64,000 nucleotides of DNA from contig CAXXLL010000002.1 of NCBI GenBank assembly GCA_963662545.2, forward strand, positions 2,272,001 through 2,336,000. Reading direction: 5' to 3'. The DNA comes from Gammaproteobacteria bacterium (GTDB taxonomy: Bacteria; Pseudomonadota; Gammaproteobacteria; Ga0077536). The notes beneath the pieces were generated by a model. The model worked only from the letters and a program-made list of their open reading frames with translations, had not been told where the DNA came from and made no database searches. Positions 45,391 through 56,854 of the stretch are shown here, piece after piece. A program made the position numbers and the translations under genes. The number at the start of each line of letters is the position of its first letter. The stretch's first letter is position 1.

Positions 45391-45418
45391 AATCGAAAGA
45401 TTCTCTAGAGGCTTATTC

Positions 45419-45443
45419 GTGCCATGACTTATTCAGAGGTTTC
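45419..45443. repeat. Solo right end of the 33336-33497 MITE family
   Basis: GTGCCATGACTTATTCAGAGGTTTC directly abutting the parE stop codon. Confidence 0.7.
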
Positions 45444-47333
45444 TTAGTTCACCGTGGCCAGGTTACCCTTGCGCTCCAGCCATTCTCGCCGATCACTCGC
45501 GCGGCGCTTCGCCAATAACATGTCCATTAGTGCGTCGGTCTTTTTGTCGCTGTCGATGTTCAATTGCACGAGCCTGCGCGTACTCGGCGCCATTGTCGTC
45601 TCGCGTAGTTGCAGCGGATTCATTTCGCCCAGCCCCTTGAAGCGCTGGACGTTGACTTTACCTTTTATCTTCTCGGCGGTAATGCGATCCAGTACTGCGG
45701 TTTTCTCACCATCATCCAGGGCATAAAAGACCTGCTTGCCGGCGTCGATTCGATACAGCGGTGGCATGGCCGCGTACACCCGTCCTTCACCCACCAACGC
45801 GCGAAAATGGCGAACGAACAGGGCGCATAAGAGGGTCGCGATATGCAATCCGTCGGCATCCGCATCGGCCAGGATACAAACCTTGCCATAACGCAGCTTG
45901 GAGGTGTTTGCACTGCCGGGATCCATCCCTATTGCAACGGAAATGTTGTGGACCTCCGATGACGCGAGGACCTGCGCCGAGTCCACCTCCCAGGTATTCA
46001 GGATCTTTCCGCGCAGCGGCAGGATCGCCTGGTACTCTCGATTGCGCGCCTGCTTGGCCGAGCCGCCGGCGGAATCGCCTTCAACCAGGAAAAGCTCGGT
46101 TCGTTCGAGATCCTGGGCGCTGCAATCGGCGAGCTTACCGGGCAGCGCCGGTCCAGCGCCGGCGATTTTCTTGCGCACGACCTTGGCCGCTTTGATCCGG
46201 TGCTGCGCGCGCGCAATGGACAGTTCGGCGATCCGCTCGCCGCTCTCTACGTGCTGGTGCAGCCACAGGCTGAACGTATCACGCACAATACCAGAAACAA
46301 ATGCGGCGCAGGCGCGCGAGGACAATCGTTCCTTGGTCTGCCCCGAGAACTGCGGTTCCTCGAGTTTCAATGAAAGGATGTAGGTGCAACGTTCGAAAAC
46401 GTCTTCGGCGACAAGTTTGACGCCGCGCGGCAGTAGGTTGCGGTTATCGCAAAATTCCCGCATCGCTTCGAGCAGGCCCTGCCTGAGGCCAGCGACATGG
46501 GTGCCGCCCTGGGGAGTCGGCACGAGATTAACGTAGCTTTCCGTGACGAGTTCAACATCGTCCGAACACCAATGAAGCGCCCAATTCACCGCTTCGCGGG
46601 TGCCGTCGACTTCACCGCAAAAGGCGTCCGCCGGAATCAGATTGGCCCCATCCATTGCATCGGAGAGGTAGGTCGCCAGGCCGTGCTCGAAGATCCACTC
46701 GAGTTTCTCCGAGGTGTTTTCATCGTGAAACTTGACCTTGAGGCCCGGGCAGAGAACTGCTTTTGCCCGCATCACGTGCTTGAGTTTCGGCAATGCAAAT
46801 TGAACGCTGTCGAAATACTTCGGATCGGGCCAGAAGCGAATGGTCGTCCCGCTGTTGCGCGCGCCGACCTTGCCAACCTCTTCAAGGGGCGAGCGCGTGT
46901 CGCCGCCGCTGAACGACATGTTGTACTCGCGCCCACCACGCTTTACCCAAACTTCGAGTTGTTTGGACAGCGCATTGACAACCGACACGCCGACGCCGTG
47001 TAGACCGCCGGAAAACTTGTAGTTCTTACGTGAAAACTTACCGCCGGCGTGCAGGCGGGTGAGGATGACCTCGACACCGGGGATCTTTTCTTCGGGGTGT
47101 TCGTCGACCGGCATGCCGCGCCCGTTATCGGTGACGGAAACGGAGCCGTCCTTGTGCAGACACACCGCAATCACCGTGCAGTGGCCGGCAAGAGCCTCGT
47201 CCACGCTGTTGTCCAGCACTTCCTGTACGAGGTAATTGGGGCGGGAAGTATCGGTATACATCCCAGGGCGTTTACGCACCGGTTCGAGACCGGTGAGGAC
47301 TTCGATGTCCGCTGCGTCGTAGCGTGCGCTCAA
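45444..47333 (-). CDS. parE: DNA topoisomerase IV subunit B
   Basis: GLEPVRKRPGMY, EVLDNSVDE, GLHGVG, EGDSAGGS, DAD.DG, RFKGLGEM. TTG start inferred. Confidence 0.96.
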   Translation of the reverse strand: MSARYDAADIEVLTGLEPVRKRPGMYTDTSRPNYLVQEVLDNSVDEALAGHCTVIAVCLHKDGSVSVTDNGRGMPVDEHPEEKIPGVEVILTRLHAGGKFSRKNYKFSGGLHGVGVSVVNALSKQLEVWVKRGGREYNMSFSGGDTRSPLEEVGKVGARNSGTTIRFWPDPKYFDSVQFALPKLKHVMRAKAVLCPGLKVKFHDENTSEKLEWIFEHGLATYLSDAMDGANLIPADAFCGEVDGTREAVNWALHWCSDDVELVTESYVNLVPTPQGGTHVAGLRQGLLEAMREFCDNRNLLPRGVKLVAEDVFERCTYILSLKLEEPQFSGQTKERLSSRACAAFVSGIVRDTFSLWLHQHVESGERIAELSIARAQHRIKAAKVVRKKIAGAGPALPGKLADCSAQDLERTELFLVEGDSAGGSAKQARNREYQAILPLRGKILNTWEVDSAQVLASSEVHNISVAIGMDPGSANTSKLRYGKVCILADADADGLHIATLLCALFVRHFRALVGEGRVYAAMPPLYRIDAGKQVFYALDDGEKTAVLDRITAEKIKGKVNVQRFKGLGEMNPLQLRETTMAPSTRRLVQLNIDSDKKTDALMDMLLAKRRASDRREWLERKGNLATVN

Positions 47334-47813
47334 ATGACGAATTCCATTCACCCGGGGCTTCCGCAAAATCTGGAAACTAGCCGGTCGGATTATGACAAAT
47401 CAAAAAAAATATCGAAATTGCCGCACCGCTTCGGAGAGTGAGCACATCGCCCGTTTTGCGTCAGTCAGCAGATCGGGCAACGTCTGCCGGAAGAACTCCT
47501 CGACCCGCTTGCTCATCAACCCGATCTCGCCGGGCGCACCGACCACGACGTCCACGAGCTCGGAGGCGCGGACACCCCACTCAGGATCTTCTGGGGCGGC
47601 GAGCCGGATGGGCACTTCAGCCGCCGACGGAGGTGGGGCATCTCGAAACGCGATGTTGTGACGCGCTCCGACCGAATTTCTTCAGTTGGGCACACATGCA
47701 CCCTAGGTGCCCGGACCGCCCGGGCGCCGGCGAGACCGACATGGGCGCCACCGACCCTCCCGTCCCACCTCTCGAACTCGGCGGCGCGGTCGGGGCCTCT
47801 ACTAGCCAAATTC

Positions 47814-47842
47814 TTGATACGGTCCAAAAGTGGACACATAAT
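47814..47842 (+). promoter_or_regulatory. sigma70-type promoter for leaderless furA, overlapping a putative FurA operator
   Basis: TTGATA-17 bp-CATAAT, with the ATG 7 nt after the -10 box. Internal palindrome GTCCAAAAGTGGAC. Confidence 0.6.
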
Positions 47843-47848
47843 GCGATC

Positions 47849-50594
<2,746 letters not shown>

Positions 50595-50689
50595 TACCCG
50601 GCGGAGAGGTCTTCCTTCGAGGACTCTGAGACCCGTCCGGCAGACGGCGGCTGGCCGATCGCTCACCGCTTGGTCTGACCGGGTACACT

Positions 50690-50751
50690 TCCAAATTTAG
50701 ACTCAGTCTAAATTTGGACTAAGTCTAATTAACATCGTCCACGAAGGTCAA
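50690..50751 (-). promoter_or_regulatory. Perfect palindrome / tandem Fur-family-like operator with a possible minus-strand promoter
   Basis: TCCAAATTTAGACT-C-AGTCTAAATTTGGA plus an overlapping TTGGACTAAGTCTAA. Minus strand has TTGACC-18 bp-TAGACT. Confidence 0.5.
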
Positions 50752-51075
50752 GCGCTACAATTTGTCGGGTCAAGGGAATCGTAGCGAGGCGGTTGGGGAA
50801 ACGAGGCCAGATGCATCACGGTTTGAGCCGAATAATGGGTCTAATTAGTGAACAATATGGCGCGTCTGGACCGCTGTCCAAACGCCGTAGTAGATTCTTC
50901 CTAACTCTGGCAGGCTGCTAGCCCATGTGGCTCGCTGGCTTTCTGCTGCGGAAACACGAGTGAGAAATGCGGTTAAGATCGTTTGACCGCCTCACACATC
51001 CGTAGGTACAGTTCCGGCCCACCTCATCCATGGCCGCAAAGGCCGTGGAAAATTTCGTAAAAAGGCCCCAGCGCG

Positions 51076-51326
51076 TGGCAAAGACCGGAAAAAAAGAACC
51101 GCCCGTCGACTTCGAAGCGGCCATGAGCGAACTCGAATCGCTGGTCGAAAAAATGGAGCAGGGGGAATTCACGCTCGCGGATTCCATCAAGCAATTCGAA
51201 CGCGGCATGGAACTGTCCCGAATGTGCCAGAAAGCGCTACGGGTGGCCGAGCAGAAAGTCCTGAAACTCGCGGGAGATCGCGACAAAGAAGCACTGGAAG
51301 AATTTAAACTGCCCGACCACGACTAA
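51076..51326 (+). CDS. xseB: Exodeoxyribonuclease VII small subunit
   Basis: FEAAMSELESLVEKME.GE..L.DS...FERG..L...CQ..L..AEQKV. Start approximate (GTG near 51075 or ATG 51030). Confidence 0.92.
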
Positions 51327-51396
51327 GGAACGGTCGTTGAATTGACTTAGCAGATTCATACTGTCCCTGGGGGCTCCGAAGCACGGCGAACACCAA

Positions 51397-52290
51397 TTGA
51401 ACACCCTACAACGAAGACTCGCACCCCTGCAGGACCAGGCTAATACCGCGCTGGACCGGTTCCTGCCGGCAGAAGAGAAGGCACCGATACGCTTGCATCA
51501 GGCTATGCGTTACGCGGCGTTGGCCCCGGGCAAACGCATCCGACCGGTGCTTGCCTACGCCACGGGTGAGGCACTGGGCGTGCCGCGAGCGACGCTCGAT
51601 CCCGCAGCGGTAGCGGTTGAATGCATCCACGCTTATTCGCTGATTCACGATGACTTGCCGGCGATGGACGATGACGAACTGCGGCGCGGGCGACCGACCT
51701 GTCACCGTCAATTCGGCGAAGCGACGGCCATTCTAGCGGGTGACGCCTTACAGGCGCTGGCATTCGAAGTGCTGAGTTCGAACGCGTCCAACGGCGTATC
51801 CAACGAGCGTCGCCTGACGATGACGAATACGCTGGCGCACGCAAGCGGCTCGCTCGGCATGGCCGGGGGACAGGCGCTGGATCTGGACGCCGTCGGCAAC
51901 AACCTGACCTTGGGCGAACTCGAAAACGTCCACAAACACAAAACCGGCGCGCTGATTCAGGCGAGCGTAATGCTGGGATATCTCTGTGGTAACGGTCATG
52001 ACGACGACCTTGCAGAGCGCCTGAAACGGTACGCGACATGTGTCGGGCTCGCGTTCCAGGTACAGGACGATATTCTCGACGTCGAAGGGGACACTGAGAT
52101 CATTGGAAAACCACAAGGATCGGACGCCGGCCTGGACAAACCCACCTACCCGCACCTGCTCGGCATGGACAATGCGAAAGCAACCGCGAATCGATTATGC
52201 GAGGAAGCGATCGCCTGCCTCGAACCTTTGGGGTCCAGTGCGGACACTCTGGCAATGATCGCCGACTACATCGTCAAGCGCGACCGTTAA
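51397..52290 (+). CDS. ispA: Farnesyl diphosphate synthase
   Basis: GKRIRP, LIHDDLPAMDDDELRRG, HKTGAL, FQVQDDILD. Confidence 0.95.
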   Translation: MNTLQRRLAPLQDQANTALDRFLPAEEKAPIRLHQAMRYAALAPGKRIRPVLAYATGEALGVPRATLDPAAVAVECIHAYSLIHDDLPAMDDDELRRGRPTCHRQFGEATAILAGDALQALAFEVLSSNASNGVSNERRLTMTNTLAHASGSLGMAGGQALDLDAVGNNLTLGELENVHKHKTGALIQASVMLGYLCGNGHDDDLAERLKRYATCVGLAFQVQDDILDVEGDTEIIGKPQGSDAGLDKPTYPHLLGMDNAKATANRLCEEAIACLEPLGSSADTLAMIADYIVKRDR

Positions 52291-52370
52291 TGGCGAGGGG
52301 AAAGATGTTTCCGTGACATTTTGCCCCTCGCAAATAGCAGGTTGCTGGTGGCTAGCCCAATAAAAACTAA

Positions 52371-54073
52371 CTAGTGTGCATCCCTAAACGCGATGCGGTT
52401 GAAATAAAAAGGAAAATTTGTCGCTTAAGGGATCGAAACCTCCGGTAGGTCGTGATCTAATGGAACTTCAAACCTCTGATTTTCCACACAATCATCGACA
52501 CCACAGGAGGGGGAATGCGTCAGAAACGCACGGCCCAAGCGAGTATATACGAGCTGTTTGCTGACCATGACCTGGGGCGAGAGCTGCAGGGCATGTCCGA
52601 GTGGCTCGATGCTCACCCCAAGGTCCTCACGCCGGTCATGAACGATCTGTGTCGGCGGGGTTTGAAGCCCACCGGTCGACGCGGACTGTCGGCGGAGTCG
52701 GTGCTGCGCTGCGCGGTGCTCAAGCAGCACCGGCAATTGAGTTACGAGGAGCTGGCCTTTCACCTGCAGGACTCGGCGAGCTTTCAGGCCTTCGCCCGGT
52801 TGCCGGGTAATGAACGTCCGAAGAAGTCTGCCTTACAGCGGGTGGTCTCGGCGATCCAGGTATCGACGTGGGAGTCTATTCATCGCGCCCTGCTGGCGAC
52901 GGCGAAAGAGACGCGCATTGAGCCGGCACAGCGTGTACGGATTGATAGCACGGTAACGGACAGTGCCATCCACGCGCCGAGCGACAGTCATCTGCTGTGG
53001 GATGGCGTGCGTGTTGTGGTTCGTCTGCTCGCACAGGCGCGCGAGTTGCCTGGCGCGCCGGAGTTGTGCTTCGTGAACCACACTCGATTGGCGAAGAAGC
53101 GTGCGCGGGCGCTGTGGTATGCGCGTGGTGCGAAGCAACGCCAACGTCTGTATCGCGATTTGATTGGGGCGACGCGTTCAACCTTGGAAGCGGTAGCGAG
53201 GGTACGTGAGCAGCTGCTGAGCCCGGGCGTCACCGGCGTTGAACTGCCGGACTGGCTAGCGCAGGTAGCGCACTACGAAACACTTGTTCTGCAGGTGATT
53301 TCGCAAACTGAGCGGCGGGTGTTCGGCGGTGAGAAGGTCCCCGCGAGCGAGAAGTGCGTGAGCTTGTTCGAGCCGCATACCGACATCATCATAAAGGGTG
53401 CGCGCGACGTTCAGTACGGACACAAAATCAATCTGGCTTCGGGGCGCAGTGGCCTCATCCTCGACGTGGTCATCGAGCGAGGCAATCCGGTCGATAGTCA
53501 GCGCTTCATGCCGATGCTCGAACGGCATCGAACACACTACGGGACGATGCCACGACAGGTCGCCGCCGATGGCGGCTATGCGAGCCTCGACAATCTCCGG
53601 GCGGCGAAAGCAGAAGGCATCGAAGACGTTGCCTTCCACAAGAAGCGCGGGCTCGCGATCGCCGACATGGTCAAGAGTCAGTGGGTCTATCGACGCTTGC
53701 GCAACTTCCGCGCCGGCATCGAGGCCGGTATCTCCTGCCTGAAGCGTGCATACGGATTGGCACGTTGCACCTGGAAGAGCCTGCCGCACTTCGAAGCCTA
53801 CGTGTGGTCTTCTGTGGTCGCCTACAACCTCAGCCTGCTCGCGCGCTATCAACTCGAATAGCGACGTTCACTCGCACTAACTGACCTCCTCGATATCGTC
53901 GAACGGGCGACTTTGGGTTGCAGCGCTCTGCGGCCGGCGAACGTACTCACAATTACGCTCGAAGAGCCCTTCGACCCCCACCGAACCGCCGCTACCGCTC
54001 CAACAACCTACTTTCAACACCTCGATTTCTCCGTGCCCATCGAAGAAAATGCCTGTTTATGGACGGACACTAG
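52371..54073 (+). mobile_element. ISNCY-family insertion sequence, copy 2
   Basis: Same ends and same translated transposase as 5118-6820. Confidence 0.92.
52515..53861 (+). CDS. ISNCY-family transposase
   Basis: 448 aa, identical translation to 5262-6608. Confidence 0.92.
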   Translation: MRQKRTAQASIYELFADHDLGRELQGMSEWLDAHPKVLTPVMNDLCRRGLKPTGRRGLSAESVLRCAVLKQHRQLSYEELAFHLQDSASFQAFARLPGNERPKKSALQRVVSAIQVSTWESIHRALLATAKETRIEPAQRVRIDSTVTDSAIHAPSDSHLLWDGVRVVVRLLAQARELPGAPELCFVNHTRLAKKRARALWYARGAKQRQRLYRDLIGATRSTLEAVARVREQLLSPGVTGVELPDWLAQVAHYETLVLQVISQTERRVFGGEKVPASEKCVSLFEPHTDIIIKGARDVQYGHKINLASGRSGLILDVVIERGNPVDSQRFMPMLERHRTHYGTMPRQVAADGGYASLDNLRAAKAEGIEDVAFHKKRGLAIADMVKSQWVYRRLRNFRAGIEAGISCLKRAYGLARCTWKSLPHFEAYVWSSVVAYNLSLLARYQLE

Positions 54074-54172
54074 CTAGAACCTATCTCAAAATTATTCGCG
54101 TACGCGTTGCGCCTTGAATTGCGCAAAAATCGCTGCCGGCGCGTACGTGAATAATTTTGAGATAGGTTCTAG
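54074..54172. mobile_element. Palindromic MITE (99 bp), copy 1
   Basis: 33-bp arms CTAGAACCTATCTCAAAATTATTCGCGTACGCG with one mismatch. CTAG at both ends. Confidence 0.75.
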
Positions 54173-54237
54173 AATACACGGTAGGGTCGCCGTGCTTGCT
54201 ACCTCGAAGAAAATGCCTGTTTATGGACGGACACTAG

Positions 54238-54336
54238 CTAGAACCTATCTCAAAATTATTCGCGTACGCGTTGCGCCTTGAATTGCGCAAAAATCGCTGC
54301 CGGCGCGTACGTGAATAATTTTGAGATAGGTTCTAG
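54238..54336. mobile_element. Palindromic MITE (99 bp), copy 2
   Basis: Copy within the second 164-bp unit. Confidence 0.75.
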
Positions 54337-54448
54337 AATACACGGTAGGGTCGCCGTGCTTGCTACCTGACCACCGATCTCGCCGGGCGCATCAGAGCGC
54401 CGAGGCGGGCGTGCTTTCTACCGATTTAGATCCGAGGACTTCTCCCAA

Positions 54449-55279
54449 ATGAACCAGCCTGCTCCGGTCGTTCGCAATATCCCCGATGTTCAGGGCACCG
54501 AAGACACGCGCCGCATCGCGATCGATCGCGTGGGAATCAAGGACATCCGCCATCCGGTCGTGGTCCGGGATCGCGCCGGCCGCGAACAGCATACGATCGC
54601 GACATTCAACATGTACGTCGGCCTGCCGCACAAGTTCAAGGGCACTCACATGTCGCGTTTCGTGGAGATCTTGAACAACCACGAATACGAGATTTCCGTC
54701 GAATCGTTCAACACGATGATTACCGAAATGACCGACGTGCTGGAAGCGGAACGCGGTCATATCGAAATGAACTTCCCGTATTTCGTCGAAAAGTCCGCTC
54801 CCGTATCGGGAGTCAAGAGTTTGATGGATTACGCGGTGACCTTCGTCGGCGAAATCCACGAGCATCGACGACCCCAGGTTTCGGTAAAAGTAGTGGTACC
54901 GGTAACGACGCTGTGCCCGTGTTCAAAGGACATTTCCGATTACGGCGCCCATAATCAGCGGTCACACGTGACCGTAGACGTGAAAATTGGCGAATTCGTG
55001 TGGATCGAAGAACTGATCGACATCGTCGAGGGAGTTGCGTCCTGCGAACTCTACGGGTTGCTGAAACGCCCGGATGAAAAGTATGTGACCGAGCGGGCGT
55101 ACGATAATCCACGATTCGTCGAAGATATGGTGCGCGAAGTGGCTTTGCGCTTGAACGAAGATGACCGTATCCGCGCCTATACCGTCGAGTCCGAGAACTT
55201 CGAATCCATTCACAATCACTCTGCCTATGCCTTGATCCGCCGCGACAAGGACAGCGGCGAGGAAGAGTCACTCGACTGA
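54449..55279 (+). CDS. folE2: GTP cyclohydrolase FolE2
   Basis: [49 protein letters not shown]. Confidence 0.96.
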   Translation: MNQPAPVVRNIPDVQGTEDTRRIAIDRVGIKDIRHPVVVRDRAGREQHTIATFNMYVGLPHKFKGTHMSRFVEILNNHEYEISVESFNTMITEMTDVLEAERGHIEMNFPYFVEKSAPVSGVKSLMDYAVTFVGEIHEHRRPQVSVKVVVPVTTLCPCSKDISDYGAHNQRSHVTVDVKIGEFVWIEELIDIVEGVASCELYGLLKRPDEKYVTERAYDNPRFVEDMVREVALRLNEDDRIRAYTVESENFESIHNHSAYALIRRDKDSGEEESLD

Positions 55280-55397
55280 TCAGGGCTGCCCTGACGGGGC
55301 GTCAAAAACTTCCCCTCAATCCAGCGATTGCCGGTTAAAAGCGCCGGTTTATTGGCGCTATAACTATTAGCTGTTGAAAACTATCAGTATTTTAATT

Positions 55398-55413
55398 TGG
55401 CACGCCAAATGCA
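55398..55413 (+). promoter_or_regulatory. sigma54 (-24/-12) promoter
   Basis: TGGCACG-CCAA-ATGCA with correct GG-N10-GC spacing. AT-rich upstream region. Confidence 0.7.
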
Positions 55414-55424
55414 TTATTCCTATT

Positions 55425-55494
55425 GCGCAGTCGGTCTAAGTCCACTGCGCTCCTCCCTTTGGTCCTTTACGGGTGCATTCGCACCCGTTTTTTT
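55425..55494 (+). ncRNA. Candidate small regulatory RNA (~70 nt)
   Basis: Starts at the predicted sigma54 +1. 5' hairpin GCGCAGT/ACTGCGC, single-stranded TCCTCCCTTT, terminator ACGGGTGC-ATTC-GCACCCGT-T6. Confidence 0.65.
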
Positions 55495-55555
55495 ACGCGA
55501 GTATGTACCTGAGTAAACCCTAGAAACAGGGCATTTTTGCGTCAAACAGCCGCCG

Positions 55556-55726
55556 TTACTCGTCGTCGTCTGACTTTTTCTTGTCGGAATCGGGCCAGCC
55601 GTCAGAAGGGCGTGGCTTCTTCAATGCCTCGCTTACGGCATCCTTCCAGTCACCATTGATCTTTACGCGTTCCTCTTTTGGGCCGCGCTTCGATATTTTT
55701 CCCGACTGATCTTTTTTTACTACCAT
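55556..55726 (-). CDS. Small basic/acidic protein (56 aa), passenger of the IS1595 element
   Basis: Read manually: MVVKKDQSGKISKRGPKEERVKINGDWKDAVSEALKKPRPSDGWPDSDKKKSDDDE. Below the ORF-track cutoff. Confidence 0.65.
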   Translation of the reverse strand: MVVKKDQSGKISKRGPKEERVKINGDWKDAVSEALKKPRPSDGWPDSDKKKSDDDE

Positions 55727-55791
55727 ATGTTGAGATCTGCAGTAAGAGCGTTTACTATCTCGTAGTAGTTAGTTTACTACATAGCAGTGAT

Positions 55792-56616
55792 ATGGCCAAA
55801 ATCAAAGCAGTGGACGAGTCCGGAGGCGCAAAATCAAAGCGGCGCGCGCGGCAGCGTTCTGGCACTGCGTTTCCCTACTATGGGCTCAGTCAATCCGTAG
55901 AGGTCGCGAACAAAATACGATCTCAAGGAGGGGGCGTATGTAGCCGTGACCAACTTGCACATTTCCTGAATTATTCTACTACTCGTAGCGGGGCTTACCT
56001 AACTCGGATGAGCGCCGCTAAGATGTTTGGCCTGATCTCGATGTCCGGAGAAACCGTGTCCATAACGGAGCGAGCGCAAAAAATTCTCGTCCCGGTACTT
56101 CCGTCAGACTCGAACGATGCCAAAATAGAAGCATTCCTGGCTGTGGAGCTTTTCCGCCGAGTTTACGATGATTTTTATGGCAAGAAACTGCCGCCGAAAG
56201 TTGGCACCAAAAACCTTTTCGAGAACATATACAAAATTACGCCCGACAAGATCCAGACAGCTTTACGCGCATTTTACGACTCTGCGGAGTTCGCAGGGTT
56301 TTTCCCGGATAACGGCAAAACGCGGCTTATTAAGCCCATCACAGCGGTAGAGCCCGGGACTTTAGAGCCAAAAGATGCCGTTGATGATGACCCTGGTACA
56401 GACCCGCCGGCAGATCCTCCTCCGGATAAACGAAAGCATGGCGGCAGTGGTAGTGGCGAGGGTCCACCGCCCGGTATACATACGGCAATAGTCGGTCTGC
56501 TACGCGAACTTCCGCCGGCCGGGTCCGATTGGCCCGCCACCAAGAAAGAACGATTTATGCAGGCATTCAGGGCGACTATTGATTTCATCTACCCGGAACA
56601 GGAGGAGCTACAATGA
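55792..56616 (+). CDS. Hypothetical protein, winged-helix-like N-terminus, Pro-rich linker (possibly DUF5343-related)
   Basis: 274-aa ORF with SRDQLAHFLNYSTTRSGAYLTRMSAAKMFGLI helix-turn-helix-wing pattern and C-terminal IHTAIVGLLRELPP..WP. Confidence 0.75.
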   Translation: MAKIKAVDESGGAKSKRRARQRSGTAFPYYGLSQSVEVANKIRSQGGGVCSRDQLAHFLNYSTTRSGAYLTRMSAAKMFGLISMSGETVSITERAQKILVPVLPSDSNDAKIEAFLAVELFRRVYDDFYGKKLPPKVGTKNLFENIYKITPDKIQTALRAFYDSAEFAGFFPDNGKTRLIKPITAVEPGTLEPKDAVDDDPGTDPPADPPPDKRKHGGSGSGEGPPPGIHTAIVGLLRELPPAGSDWPATKKERFMQAFRATIDFIYPEQEELQ

Positions 56617-56715
56617 GGAGGGTTTAAGGGCTGGCTCGGCGGCCCGGTCCAAGCGTCAGCGGTGGTTCAACTTGTGAGAAGCTTGCCACCGCTGACGGCC
56701 CGGGACTACATCCAT

Positions 56716-56816
56716 GCGGACGTGGTGGAATTGGCAGACACGCCGACTTTGGGGGTCGGTGGGGGTTGATCCTTTGACCAGGGGACCCCGTGCAGGTTCG
56801 AGTCCTGTCGTCCGTA
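56716..56816 (+). tRNA. Atypical tRNA: Leu-type body, TGG (Pro) anticodon, 32-nt variable region
   Basis: GCGGACG/CGTCCGT acceptor, D arm GTG-GAATTGGCAGA-CAC, anticodon arm CCGAC-TTTGGGG-GTCGG, T arm GCAGG-TTCGAGT-CCTGT, A73. An alternative 9-bp acceptor model spans 56714-56821 and ends in ACCA. Confidence 0.85.
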
Positions 56817-56854
56817 TACCATTAATCCGCTGCTGAAAGCTTGGCAGAAAAACG

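Larger units (their letters stand above)
54040..54367. repeat. 164-bp tandem direct duplication (IS right end + palindromic MITE + flank)
   Basis: 54040-54203 is repeated at 54204-54367. Confidence 0.92.
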
